DNA of 64,000 nt from Flectonema sp. DT1601 (Eukaryota): assembly GCA_964019425.1 (NCBI GenBank), contig OZ025789.1:1178001-1242000 (forward strand). Reading direction: 5' to 3'. How positions within the stretch are numbered: the first letter of the stretch is position 1; every line of letters begins with the position of its first letter. Made by a program: the position numbers and the translations under genes. Positions 11,468 to 22,949 of the stretch are shown piece by piece. Under the pieces are notes generated by a model. That model saw only the letters and a program-made list of their open reading frames with translations, did not search any database and was not told where the DNA came from.

Positions 11468-11992
11468 ATGTGTAAGAACGAAGAAGATCAGATGACTAAC
11501 GACAGCAGTGATACTGTCCGCGAGGTGTTATGTCAAAAACCAACTCGCAAACCAGCTAAGCGGCCAGCTGTGGCCAGTAGCAGCGACAGCAGCAGCAGCA
11601 GCAGCAGTTCCTCTGAGGCTGGTTCTATAAAGCGTCGTAAAATTGCTCCAAAGAAATCTCGAAAACCAACTCGCAAACCTGCTAAGCAGCCAGCTGTGGC
11701 TAGCAGCAGCAGCAGCAGCAGCAGCAGTTCTAGTACTGCTCCAAAGGAATCTCGAAACCCAATTTGCAAACCTGCAAAGCAGCCAGCTGTGGCTAGTAGC
11801 AGCAGCGACAGTAGCAGCAGTTCTTCTGATACTGCTCCAAAGAAATCTCGAAAGCCAACTCGTAAACCTGCACAGCAGGGTACTTCTATAAAGCGCCGTA
11901 AAATTGCTCCAAAGAAATCTCGAAAACCAACTCGCAAACGTGCTAAGCAGGCAGCTGTAGCCCACCTCACTGTTCCAGGTATATCTGGGTAG
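11468..11992 (+). CDS. Tandem-repeat basic/poly-Ser protein (Nopp140- or H1-tail-like composition)
   Basis: Repeats of KPTRKPAKQPAVAS(S)n and IKRRKIAPKKSR. Confidence 0.6.
   Translation: MCKNEEDQMTNDSSDTVREVLCQKPTRKPAKRPAVASSSDSSSSSSSSSEAGSIKRRKIAPKKSRKPTRKPAKQPAVASSSSSSSSSSSTAPKESRNPICKPAKQPAVASSSSDSSSSSSDTAPKKSRKPTRKPAQQGTSIKRRKIAPKKSRKPTRKRAKQAAVAHLTVPGISG
11533..11962 (+). repeat. Coding tandem repeat (about 5 imperfect units) with (AGC)n tracts
   Basis: aaaccaactcgcaaacc..gctaagcagccagctgtggc recurs near 11536, 11662, 11755, 11851 and 11923. Confidence 0.85.
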
Positions 11993-12253
11993 GTGTGATT
12001 TGCTTTGTAGCTTTTCATCACTGCTTCCTTCCGTCCCCCTTTTTTTTTGCAGCGCACAATCTCTCATCGTTCACTTCACTTTCACAAATTGATGTACGCT
12101 TGTGAAAATTACAAGTGATTAATTAATTGTCAAAAATCATGTGTTGCAATATCCTGCTTCTCACCTTCTCTTAATTACTTTTTGTTTTGTTTGTTAAGTT
12201 AAAACACGTTGATATCTGTTTAATTATTTTACAGATCCCCATAACAAAAATAA

Positions 12254-14371
12254 ATGTGGGGAAGCAAGCAAAGCAACCGGGGCGATTATGAGAAAATCGG
12301 AGATGACCCGAATATCAAATCTCAAGAACTCAGAGAAGTTAGAAGCACAAGTTCTGAAAGAGCTGATTACGAAAATATCAAAGAAATAGATGAAAATACC
12401 GAACATAGAATCTTTTTACGAAGGTTTGGAGGTGATCATGCCCACGATACAGCACTGCAAGCTTTATATGATCACTGGCATGGAAAAGGTCATGATTGGA
12501 TTGTTACAGACAAAATACTTCACTTTTTAAGATGTTTTTTTGCATTTATCTTTGTAATAATACTTGCTGTTTATGTGAACTGGTCGGATATGATATCGTG
12601 TGATGGAACTGAATGCAATCGGATTGATTTCTTATTACCACCCTCTGCCATCAATGACGTGGATAGCCTTCAGGTAGTAATAATTACTTTAATGGGAATT
12701 CTTATTTTTGGATTGTTCTTGTTTATGATTCACTTTGTGCTATTTGATTTACCGAGACAGAGGTCTTGTAGAAGATACTTGGATCACATTAACGTTCCTC
12801 AAATCAATATTAAAAACGGTGTTTGTGGGTGGGATGATTTGGTCAGAACACTCTACAAACATCAAGCGCATTACACCGAGGCAGAACTTTATAATCATCA
12901 AGGGGTTCCTGTTAGACTGAATGAGCTTCATATTGCTCAATGTATTATGAGAACTGAAAATTACGTCATCGCCCTCATAAATTCTGGTATTGTTCAGTTT
13001 CCTTTATTGAACGCAACGACTTATATATTGTTAAAGGATTACCTTATCAAGTGGTGTGTTTTTACTAGAAAAGCACCAACTGCGATCCATCCATCTGCTT
13101 CGACTTGGCGTAGTGAGGTAACCCGAAATTTAAAAGTTCACTGCGTCCTCTGGGCTTTCATTCTTTTCATTTGTGCACCTTTTTGGGTTGCCTGGAGGAT
13201 TATTTATAATTTCTTTAAATACGGAGTCGTATTTAAGAACGATCCTGGAAGATTCTTTCTGACCCGAACATGGACAACACATGCAAGTGTTTGCTTCAGG
13301 GAGTACAATGAATTACCTCATTGCTTTGAACTTCGCATGGCAAATTCAAGAAAAATGGCACAGGATTTCGTTGACCAGTATCCGGATTACCTTTTCAAGG
13401 TAATCGGTCAGACTGGATCTTTTATTTTTTCAGGAATATTTTTATTATTGTTGCTTCTTACGATATTAAACGAAGGCGTTATTGCTAACATGTCGTTTTT
13501 CGATAAACCACTCTTGTGGTGGATGCCCTTCATTTTGTCAATTGCTCTTTTTTGTAGTAGATTAGGCTACTCCGAGAATACAAGACAACTAACTTTTTTT
13601 GATCCCAAAAGAGGGTTTGAGACTTTGCAAAGATTCAGTCATTGGGAACCAATGGAATTACGAAACTGGGATGCCTCTGCTTATGAGAATGCGAATAAAA
13701 TATATAAACTTTTAGTTGGCATGTTTCCTCTGACGTTAACAAACTTTTTGATAGAAGCTTGTACAATCCCAATGACTCTTTATCATCTTTGTCAAATTGC
13801 GAAGAATGCCGAGTCTATTGTAACTTGTATCTGTGACTTGACTCACATCCCACCTGAAAAGGTTTCAGATAATGAAGGTAAATTGCCTTCTGACTTTTCA
13901 GATTTTCAAATGGGAAGTATATTATGTTTTAGTACTTTTAAAAAGCAATACTCTTGCGGAACATTGGGAGGTTCAGGTAATGATGAAGACGTGGCGAGGG
14001 TACGTAGATACCTCGGAGAGCACGAAGGAAAGATGGAGCGATCAGTCCTTGGTTTTCTTGTAATGTACCCCAGATGGGCTAAGAATGATTCTGAAGCAAA
14101 ACAATGGAAACCTCTAGAAACATTAGTACAGAAGAGCGAAAGCGGTCGTCCAGCTGAATGGCAACAACCGAGTTTTGCAAAGAATGAACTTACGATGCTT
14201 CAGACGTCTGTTTATGTTGAAGAACCTGATGAAGATGAAATACCTGCTAGACTTGCAGGTGCTGCTGCAAACCCCCATGGTAGCAATAATAATGAAGCCA
14301 CTAAGTATGAACAACTCGGTGGTTTCATGGAGACGTACTTTGCAACTATGGAAAGAGATCGTCGGCGTTAG
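12254..14371 (+). CDS. ATG9: Autophagy protein 9 (lipid scramblase)
   Basis: IAQCIMRTENYVIALIN, FREYNELPHCFELRM and GKMERSVLGFLVMYPRW match conserved Atg9 motifs; several TM helices. Confidence 0.92.
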   Translation: MWGSKQSNRGDYEKIGDDPNIKSQELREVRSTSSERADYENIKEIDENTEHRIFLRRFGGDHAHDTALQALYDHWHGKGHDWIVTDKILHFLRCFFAFIFVIILAVYVNWSDMISCDGTECNRIDFLLPPSAINDVDSLQVVIITLMGILIFGLFLFMIHFVLFDLPRQRSCRRYLDHINVPQINIKNGVCGWDDLVRTLYKHQAHYTEAELYNHQGVPVRLNELHIAQCIMRTENYVIALINSGIVQFPLLNATTYILLKDYLIKWCVFTRKAPTAIHPSASTWRSEVTRNLKVHCVLWAFILFICAPFWVAWRIIYNFFKYGVVFKNDPGRFFLTRTWTTHASVCFREYNELPHCFELRMANSRKMAQDFVDQYPDYLFKVIGQTGSFIFSGIFLLLLLLTILNEGVIANMSFFDKPLLWWMPFILSIALFCSRLGYSENTRQLTFFDPKRGFETLQRFSHWEPMELRNWDASAYENANKIYKLLVGMFPLTLTNFLIEACTIPMTLYHLCQIAKNAESIVTCICDLTHIPPEKVSDNEGKLPSDFSDFQMGSILCFSTFKKQYSCGTLGGSGNDEDVARVRRYLGEHEGKMERSVLGFLVMYPRWAKNDSEAKQWKPLETLVQKSESGRPAEWQQPSFAKNELTMLQTSVYVEEPDEDEIPARLAGAAANPHGSNNNEATKYEQLGGFMETYFATMERDRRR

Positions 14372-15933
14372 AGATCTGTCTGTGATGCGAAGTGAAGTAC
14401 CCGTCTGAGATTATATCGGAGAACAGGTCAACCTATCCCACCATGTTCGAGTACCCGTGTGAAGGTTCTATCGTTGGCGTGTAAATTGGTCAGCCTACCT
14501 GTTATTATAATTATATTTGTGTATATAAAAAAAGAAATATTAAAAAAAAAAAAACAACGGAAATACTTTAATTACATTAATTATTGTTGTCGGCTACTTG
14601 TATAGAAATCTGTTACTTAATAGTGAGCAGGAGAGGGCACTTCCTTTCAGTGTGTATATTTCTGGTTTTTTTTCCTTTTTTTTCCCTTACTCGGCTACGT
14701 TTTTAACACAAAACAGCTAATGGCTGTCGTTCGGGTATCAGCATTTCATGCTTTCCCCCCCTCCCGTTTTTTCAAGCTCCACACAAGTTTTATATTAGTA
14801 CAACAGTATGTCAAAAGGGATAGGTTTTGGGATATATTTTCTTTTTTATATATCCCAAGTTTCTTGATTACGTCGGCTACTAACTGCAAGTTAGAAGCTG
14901 AGTTTCTCATCTCTACTGCTTCTCATGTTCAATACAGTTCTGTGGAGGCTGCTACTTTTTCAACAACTAGTTGCGACGTGCGTTCAGAACTGTACCATAA
15001 TTATGCTTCAGTCATTCGTGTGTAGCCTTTTCTTTCGCTTGAGTAAAAAAAGTTGAAATTTCTTTTTGGCCGAATTAAACAAAAAAAAGAAGAAAAACAA
15101 GAAAGAAAAAAAAAAACAACAGCAGCAACCTAGCCTGAGATTGGTCTCTTTTTCCTTTCTAAGATATCCATCGTATGCAGTCTTGTTGTTCTTGATTTGT
15201 CAGATACCAGGGATTGTACTTTCAGTCACGTTATAAGCTTTGTGTTGCTTATTATTCATTGTAATTGTGATTACTCCCTTTGACGAAATTTGGCGTTATC
15301 AGTCGTCTCTAACACTGTCTGCTCGCGTGGGCGGTGGGTTTAGGTTGTCATTTGTTCCAGGTTATTCTACGTCTCTTATCGTCTGTGAGAGTCTCACGGT
15401 CGCTGGTAGCGGTATAACTGTTACCCTTGTGAGCTTTTCCTGGCTTTTGGCTCCTAGGCTTCGTAAATAAATAAAATAAATAAATAAATACTTGATTCCC
15501 AGCCATAGCATAACATTCCCTTTTCTCTTTCCCCCTTAAATTTTTTGCGAGGTAGAGGTTCAGTAAAAAAACTGAAACAAGTAATGCAACGATGTTTATT
15601 CTGATTTTCCATCTAGCTCATAGTCAGACTGTCACCAAATGCCCGTAGTGTTTGATTTCGCTTTTCACACAAACTGATGGCGATTGGACAAAGCCTTGGT
15701 CACATCTGTGGCCTCTCATCTGAAAAAAAAAAAAAAAAAAATCCTGTTTTTTTATATTATTTCCTGATGCTTGCCCTGGTAGCCGACTACGACGGGACTC
15801 ATGAGTTTTATTTATTTTTATTTATCAAATTTTCGAACAGCAAACCATGTCAAACAAACATAACAAACCACAGTCCTCTGAAAGATGACGACTAATTTCA
15901 TGTTATTTTCCCTCCTTCTTATGTAGAATACAA

Positions 15934-17497
15934 ATGTTTGACAGCGTTCAACTAACGGACGCCGAACTAGAGAAGGCAGGTGGTGCTTATGAGGAATCTG
16001 TTCAACAACAGGGCGGTGCAATGACCGTGTGGGGAATACGAGCAGCTCTCCAACGTCTTTGTGTTGAACCTCCCGAGAGCACATTAAAGGAAATGGGACT
16101 CGACACTGAAATAAGAAATGCTGTATTTGATGGGTTGGAGTCTCGTGATGTAACCCTTCGGCAATTCATTGAAATTGTTGAGGCGGGAAAGGCGGCTTTC
16201 GCAAATAAAGCAACGCCGACTGAGGATGAACAGCTCTTGGCGAATCTATTTATTGACAAACAAGAAATTCTAACGACGGTAATAAATAATACTTTGGAGA
16301 AGATGGATGTTTCTGGATCGTTTTTTACTTCTGAATTCGTTACGAGGGAAGAAGTTTCAAAATTTCTAGCTGATTCACAATCACCATCTTTGACTCGAGA
16401 CACATTCATACAATCATTTAACTCTCAATTTACTAATGGAATTCAAGGTGATAACAAACTCGCTAAGAAAGCAGTTTCTAACAGACTTCATCCAAAAAAC
16501 AAACTACGTCACTTCCTGGGCCTGCAACGTATGTTTACCCGAAAACGCATCGGTCGAACTGGGAGTATTAGCGCGACAATCGATTACCTCCCACCTGTAT
16601 GTAATTATTACTTTTAGAAGTGTCGTGTTAATCACATTAAGTACTTCAATAAAACAGTCTCATTCAAAACAAGTAACACAATCACTTGAGCCATCACCAG
16701 TTTGTTTACAATTTGATCAGCTGAGATATGAAGCTCTTAAGACTGAATTACTTGATAATCTCAAAGAACGTCGTAGAAAACAAGATTCAAAACGTGAGGA
16801 ACTTCAATCTGTGAAATATCCTCCGATAACATCTAGTTTAGAAGAAGCGTCACTCGTATTATCACAAGAACAGTTTAAGAATCCATCTGAGGCGATGCAT
16901 CATTATGAAAATATTGTTAGATGTAAAAAGAGAATTGGTTGTTCACTAAACCCTTCAGTCTATTCTAAATCTGTAGAAGTAATTGAGTCTGCTGGTCATC
17001 TACCTCAAAAATCACAAGACGGCAATAGCAGTCATACAATACGAACTAACCGACTTCGAAGAAGAAGAAGAAGAAGAAATGATGATTACTGCATACCAAC
17101 TGAATGGGGTATTACTAAGACTCAAACAAAACGATTGCGAGATCAAGTTCGTGAAAGGACGTTACCAATTGGAGCTGAAGGAGTTGCTAGTATGGTTACC
17201 ATTAATGAAAAGAATCAGAGATTTAAATCAATCTCACGAGAGATGGACGCATCAAATCATTACTACCACAACCACCAAGAACTGATGTGTGGTTCTCCAC
17301 ATCGATCAAGAGATATGTGCTGTTCTGTGTCTGACGCTTCTGAAAAAGATCGCCAAGCAGCGGTTGGCACATTCTCAACACCTTTAGTCCCAATCAAAAC
17401 AACTACGCCTGTGACCATTTCATCACAAAGTCCGATTTCATGCCGACCTCGTTTAGTACCCATACGTGATGTCAGAGTTCCTTACCTGTGTTTTTAA
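15934..17497 (+). CDS. Hypothetical protein with weak EF-hand-like N-terminus; intron 16597-16657
   Basis: Two overlapping ORFs join in frame via GTATGT(16597)..AACAG(16657): ...DYLPP|SHSKQ... Confidence 0.7.
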
Positions 17498-17862
17498 AAA
17501 GAAAAAAATGTAACATGAGCTACACAACGTTCAGAATATTTGTTTATTTCTGTAAGTGATTAAGGTGATTCACTTTTTTTTCCCCCCTTTCTTTTTTTTT
17601 TGGTTTCTTTACTACTTTTCGCGTATATCGAATTATGTTCTTCCCTCTCTGTGGAAAATAGATTCCGTCCTTCTGGGCAAATCTATTCTTTTTGAATTAG
17701 TTTTTATTTATTATATTTACCCGTATTGGTTGTCAAACTTTGTCTTGTCGCAATTATTTTTATTAACCAACTGACATAGTCCGTACAGTCGGTACGCTCT
17801 CTTTGAAGTGTTCTGCTTGAGTGTAATTTTATTTTATTTTTTATTTTAAAAGAGCTGCACAA

Positions 17863-20064
17863 ATGACACAAGTTAGCCTCCGTGATCATCTCACAGGCAG
17901 AGGACTTATTGTTGTTGAGGACCCGTATCATTTATTCGAAGGAAATGGTAAGGACAGTCAAATAGTATCCTTCTTTAGAGGTGGTGGTGTTCAAGGATTG
18001 GGTTCTCGTGTTTTCAAAGGATGGTTTAAAGACAGTAAGAGAAAGGTTGCATTAAAACAGTGTTGGGTTGGCTCGTCTATGGTTGACCCAAATGAAGTCA
18101 CTGTAATGGAAGCAGAACTCGCGATATTAAAAAAAATGAGCCACGAGAATGTTGTTCGTTTGGAAGGTGCCTACATGAGAGACGATGTCGATGATGAGAT
18201 TTGGATTGCGATGGAATTTTGTGGAGCTGGTTCTCTTGCAGAAGCGATTCGTATTACAAACCAACCTCTCAGTGAATGTCAGATTGCGTCAGTTCTCTGT
18301 GGAGTATTGTCAGCAATTCAATACCTTCATGATCATAATTATGTACATCGTGATATCCGTTGTGAAAATATCCTTCTTACTGAAGCTGCTGTACCAGTTC
18401 TTGCAGATCTCGGAGCATGCGGCACCCTCATCAATGGGAAATGCAAAGACGCTGTTGGTACCAGTCACTGGATGGCACCAGAGATGGCACACGGAACTCA
18501 CTATGATGAGAAGGTTGACATGTGGAGCATGGGTATGTTAGTCGGACTGTGAGCTTTTCTACTTCTTCTATCACTAAAATAAAATCACAACAACCACAAC
18601 AGGAATTACAATTATTGAAATGGCTGAAATGGAAACTCCAGTAATGAGAGAAGGAGGTAACGAAACGGTCATCGCAGTCAGAAGTCCAGAACTGTGTGAT
18701 AGAGACAGTTGGAGTTCAGGATTGAATACCATCATCGCGTCATGTTTGGACATGCATTCTGATCGAAGACCGAGTGCCGCCACCCTTCTGCAGAGTGACT
18801 TCCTAAGGGAATCTCACCCTGGAGCTCTTCTTACTGACTTAGTCGACATTATAGCCGCAGTTATTGAGAAGGGTATGCATTGATTCTGTTAACGTATTAT
18901 TCCTTTATAAACCAATAGTTGGTACTGGATATAAAAAACCGTAATATAAAAACAACAACAGAGGAAGCAGAAGCAGCAGAACGACTCCTAAAAAGATCAA
19001 TGCGTACCTGTGAGAGTGATGACGACGAGTCAACATTTGAAACAAGTCGAATCGGATCGATTCCTAATTCGATAGTAAATAGTCCTGCTGATGTTACTAT
19101 CGATCCAGTTATATCACCGCCACCTGTTATTCAAGAAACTACACCACCGCCATTTAATCTTGAAGTACAATACACTCCAAATTCTATTGAGTTCCTACGT
19201 AAGGATGATGACGTTCCACTTTCACCTCCGGGACTTGAAACCAGAGAACAGCTTGAAGCGACGAATATTGATCTCCATGAGAAGTTAGAATCATTAAGGG
19301 CTACCATCCCTCATCAACTACTGTTGGAAAGTGAGATACAGTCTTACGGCAGTCAAGACCCCCCAACAGATATTGTTGGTTGTTTTCGGACAGTATGTTT
19401 CCTACTTAACACCGTATTAGTTCTCCATCCTCAAAACACAACACAACACAACACAACAGGAGTCTAAGGTACTTAAGCGTCGTGCCAAAGTATTGAAGTG
19501 TCAGTTGGAGACTGTGAAAAAATCCGTTGAATCTCTTGGTCAGAACATCACCTTATTAGCGGTATGTTATATTATTATTATTATATGGAATTGTTAGCAA
19601 CAAATAATTTAAAAAAGAATAATTCATCAAAACAGTCTAAACTTGAGGGACCTCCGATTAAAAAGAAATCAGCATCAACAAAGAACAATCGCACTAAGGA
19701 AATACAACGAAGCAAATCTTATATTGCTCAGGAAACAGACAGGCTATTAAGAAGTAGTAGATCGAGAACAAGCTCAACTCCTGGTGCAGTTCAATCCCCG
19801 TCGGCGTCAATTTATATGAGAAAGAAGAGAAGACCAAGTCAACCATCAGTTGTTGACAGTATTGAATCTCCTTTAGTTCATTCTTCAAGAGACACTGAAA
19901 GACGTGCTCTCAATGGACGAGGTCATACAAATGGTAATAGCATCGACACTCCTGAAAAGAATGGTGAAAAAGAACAAGGATACGTTCCGGGTGGTATTAG
20001 AAAGAATGCGATGGATACTTTGCTAAGGCGAGGATCAAAAAGACAAGCTTCTTTTTATAAATAG
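17863..20064 (+). CDS. STE20-family (MST/PAK-like) protein kinase, 5 exons; introns 18533-18602, 18873-18961, 19393-19459, 19562-19635
   Basis: VALK, IWIAMEFCGAGSL, HRDIRCEN, DLG, GTSHWMAPE. The first splice restores DMWSM-GITIIEMAE; all four GTATG..AACAG introns keep frame. Confidence 0.88.
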
Positions 20065-20981
20065 TCTCACCCTGACTGAGGGCTGACTGTCAATAGAATT
20101 ACTAATATTAATGTCCCTGTGACACCACTTGTGGGTATCAAGGTTGATAATAAGATGACTGAGAGGCATACATACCTTGTAGAGGTTATTCCCTTCTTTT
20201 TATTGTTATTTTCTTTTTACATCTTTAATTTGATCTGTGAAATAAGAGATGAGTTTTTTTTTCCCGCAACGAGTCGGAAATCGATTCTTTTCTACTGCGG
20301 TGATCATGTCCATTGCTAGTCAGCTTGAGGGATGTAAAGTTGTCCTTTGTTATGCTTGGTAGCTCACTCACTTTATGTGTGAGTGAAGCATCGCATGGCT
20401 CATCCGTTTTAATTGTGTCATAGATGCCTAGCAGTTTATATTTTTTCATATAAACTGCTGAAACGAGACTTATCGTACAGTGAACGTGATGTCTTTTTTC
20501 CCGAAGGTTGACAAATTTTCGGATTTCTTTTTTTTTTTTTTTTTGTTGTTGTTTCCCAAAGTATTTGTATCGCGTTTGCTCTTTCTCGACGGTAAGTTTC
20601 CACCTTCCACTACGTCTCCCTACATAAGGTTTGGTTTAGTTACAATATTTGTTTCAACGAGTGAGTTGCAGTTTTGCGTGTCCAGTGTACGTGTTGTGTG
20701 GTAGAGACCTCTTCTAAATGAAAAAACAAAAAGAAACAGAAAAAAAAAAAAAAAAAAAACGCTACAGCGTTTTTGTAATATTTGTATTCGTGAAATATTT
20801 CTAACTATTATAGAACTTTACTTTAATCATCTATTTCATACTTTATTAAGTTTACAGGAGATAATAGTATTGGTTGGTCGGTTGGTTTTTATGTGTTGTT
20901 TTTATAAGGTAGACTGAGTAACTTTATATTTGCCACAACAGCCTACTTACACACCTAACAACACACACACACATATAAAAA

Positions 20982-21155
20982 ATGGGAGCCATCCACGATT
21001 TAAAAAAAACCCTTCCTGGAGTTCACCACGTTCATGATGTTAGTAAGCCTGCACCTCCAACTGGCCATATCATTCCGGCAGTTGTAAGTGTTCCAGTCAC
21101 TATTATACAAGTGAGTCACGGACTGATGAGTGTTCCGGCAGCCATTAAGCTTTGA
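20982..21155 (+). CDS. Candidate 57-aa microprotein (below the ORF-track cutoff)
   Basis: MGAIHDLKKTLPGVHHVHDVSKPAPPTGHIIPAVVSVPVTIIQVSHGLMSVPAAIKL*; coding-like composition and AC-rich leader with aaaaATG context. Confidence 0.5.
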   Translation: MGAIHDLKKTLPGVHHVHDVSKPAPPTGHIIPAVVSVPVTIIQVSHGLMSVPAAIKL

Positions 21156-21670
21156 GCCTTGAAACTTGCAAGAAAAAAAAAAAAAAAACGAAAAATTTTC
21201 TTATTTGATGTTGCAGTTGCTCGGCTTGCGAAAGTCTCTTTACTTTATGTTTTTTTTTATACATTTGGTAATTGTGGTTGTCAATTTAAAAAAAAAAAAA
21301 AAAAAACTGCCTGTTGGTTTTTTCCCCGTCCTTCCGGAAAAAAATACTACGCGGAGTAAACGGAAACTAAAATAACTTAAAATAACAAAGAAAAAACAAA
21401 AAAAATGAAAAAAAAAAAAAAAAAAATAAACAGAAAAAAAGAAACAGTAACATTGGGTTTACACCGTACACTATGCCCATTCAGTTTCATTTTTTTTTTT
21501 CCCCTCTCTCCGATTCTTTTTGTAGAAACGTAACTGTTAATGAGTTCTCCTTCACACAGCAAAGTAAACAATGACAATGTCGTAGTATCAAATCAACATT
21601 ACAACGACGTTATATAACTCTCACAACACACTCAACACATACAACAACAGGTATTTTATTAAATAAAAAA

Positions 21671-22708
21671 ATGACGGCATGTCGTGGACTGATGGTCTTG
21701 GGATCGAATCCAAAAGCAGGTCGTACAACTACTTGTATTGGACTCACTAGTGTGTTGTCAAATACTTCTAAAGTTGGATTCTTACAATGGGGTAGTCAAG
21801 ATGATTCTCTTGTCGAAGTTAAAAACGCTGACAATGAAAAGTATGAAATCAGTAAAGATGTTATTACAATGAAAGAAGGAACGGCAATCACCAGCTGCTA
21901 TGATGAAATGAAATTCACTAATAAAGCATTGGAATTAAAAAATCGTTTTGAATCACTTTGTAAAGTTAATGATTACGTAATCGTTTCTGCAATTGGACAC
22001 TCGTTTACAACTAATTTTGACATCAGTAATATTGACCTAGCGGATCTTCTCTCAGTTCCTGTTGTAACAGTGTGTACTAACTCATCTGATGTAAAGCTTC
22101 ACTCGAATTTGAGTGTCTCATCGTCAGTAAAGACACACACAATATTAAATAAATCGAGTCTTTCTTCATCTGCTGTCGCGACTATTCCTCATAGTCCAAT
22201 CTTGTCAGAAGTCACTATTCACGATGTGTTTTTAAAGCTGAGGGAAACTAAGAGTTGTTCACCTCAATACTTCTCACCTGAAAGTGATAAGAAATGGTCC
22301 CCAGCTGGTAGTGTTCGTCTTGTCACTACCGCAATAGAAATATTTAAAATGAGTGACATCACTGCAAAGACACTCTTTGTGGTGTCTGCGTCTCGGCAAG
22401 ACTTGGTTAGATTAATAGTGTTAGAACTTCACCGTAGAGGGTTAGACAACACTTGTTCGATAGTGTTGGTATCGGACCCGTCAACGAAATCCGTTGATCA
22501 CGAAGCGGTGTTTGCTGCTATTAGTTTGGAATTACCTGAAACTTTCCCTGCATTTCACATTTTTGGTCATCCAGTTTCAGTAGCTGCCGCCGCGATTGTT
22601 GCCAGTCAGCAACCTCCTCCACTACAATTTGCCAACACTCGCAAGATGAAAGAGATCAAAAAACTTTATTCTAACATAGATGTGAGTAGTTTACTGTCAG
22701 TCATATGA
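21671..22708 (+). CDS. Divergent BioD-like P-loop (AAA_26) + DRTGG protein, like the phosphate acetyltransferase N-terminus
   Basis: GLMVLGSNPKAGRTTTCIGL, KVGFL, ISKDVITMKE, DYVIVSAIGHS, SNIDLADLL and LFVVSASRQDLV follow the Pta N-terminal layout. Confidence 0.6.
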   Translation: MTACRGLMVLGSNPKAGRTTTCIGLTSVLSNTSKVGFLQWGSQDDSLVEVKNADNEKYEISKDVITMKEGTAITSCYDEMKFTNKALELKNRFESLCKVNDYVIVSAIGHSFTTNFDISNIDLADLLSVPVVTVCTNSSDVKLHSNLSVSSSVKTHTILNKSSLSSSAVATIPHSPILSEVTIHDVFLKLRETKSCSPQYFSPESDKKWSPAGSVRLVTTAIEIFKMSDITAKTLFVVSASRQDLVRLIVLELHRRGLDNTCSIVLVSDPSTKSVDHEAVFAAISLELPETFPAFHIFGHPVSVAAAAIVASQQPPPLQFANTRKMKEIKKLYSNIDVSSLLSVI

Positions 22709-22949
22709 TTATACTGCTTCAATGACTGAGGGTTTCTTTGTATCCGCTTTTTTTAATTCTGATCACACGCAACAGCTGTGTTGTTATCATTCGGTATAAT
22801 GTGAAGTGTTATTTTGTAAAGAATATCTTTTTTAACACCAGGTCTCTATGAATATATATTTTATTTTCTTTTTTTTTGATGTCATTTATTATCTTACAGT
22901 GAACAGTAATAATTTATCACCTTACTCTCAGGCATCTATCGAGTTAAAT

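Noticed and set aside
11528..12067. Long antisense ORFs (179 and 174 aa)
   Set aside because: Shadows of the repetitive (AGC)n-rich sense gene.
16436..16617. Programmed frameshift or pseudogene at overlapping ORFs (also the kinase, small PPR and 52460 GT)
   Set aside because: Each break is resolved by a canonical GT..AACAG intron.
21540..21670. Extra coding exon upstream of the AAA_26-like gene (AACAG at 21650)
   Set aside because: The donor I tested gives an immediate stop; at most a 5'UTR intron.
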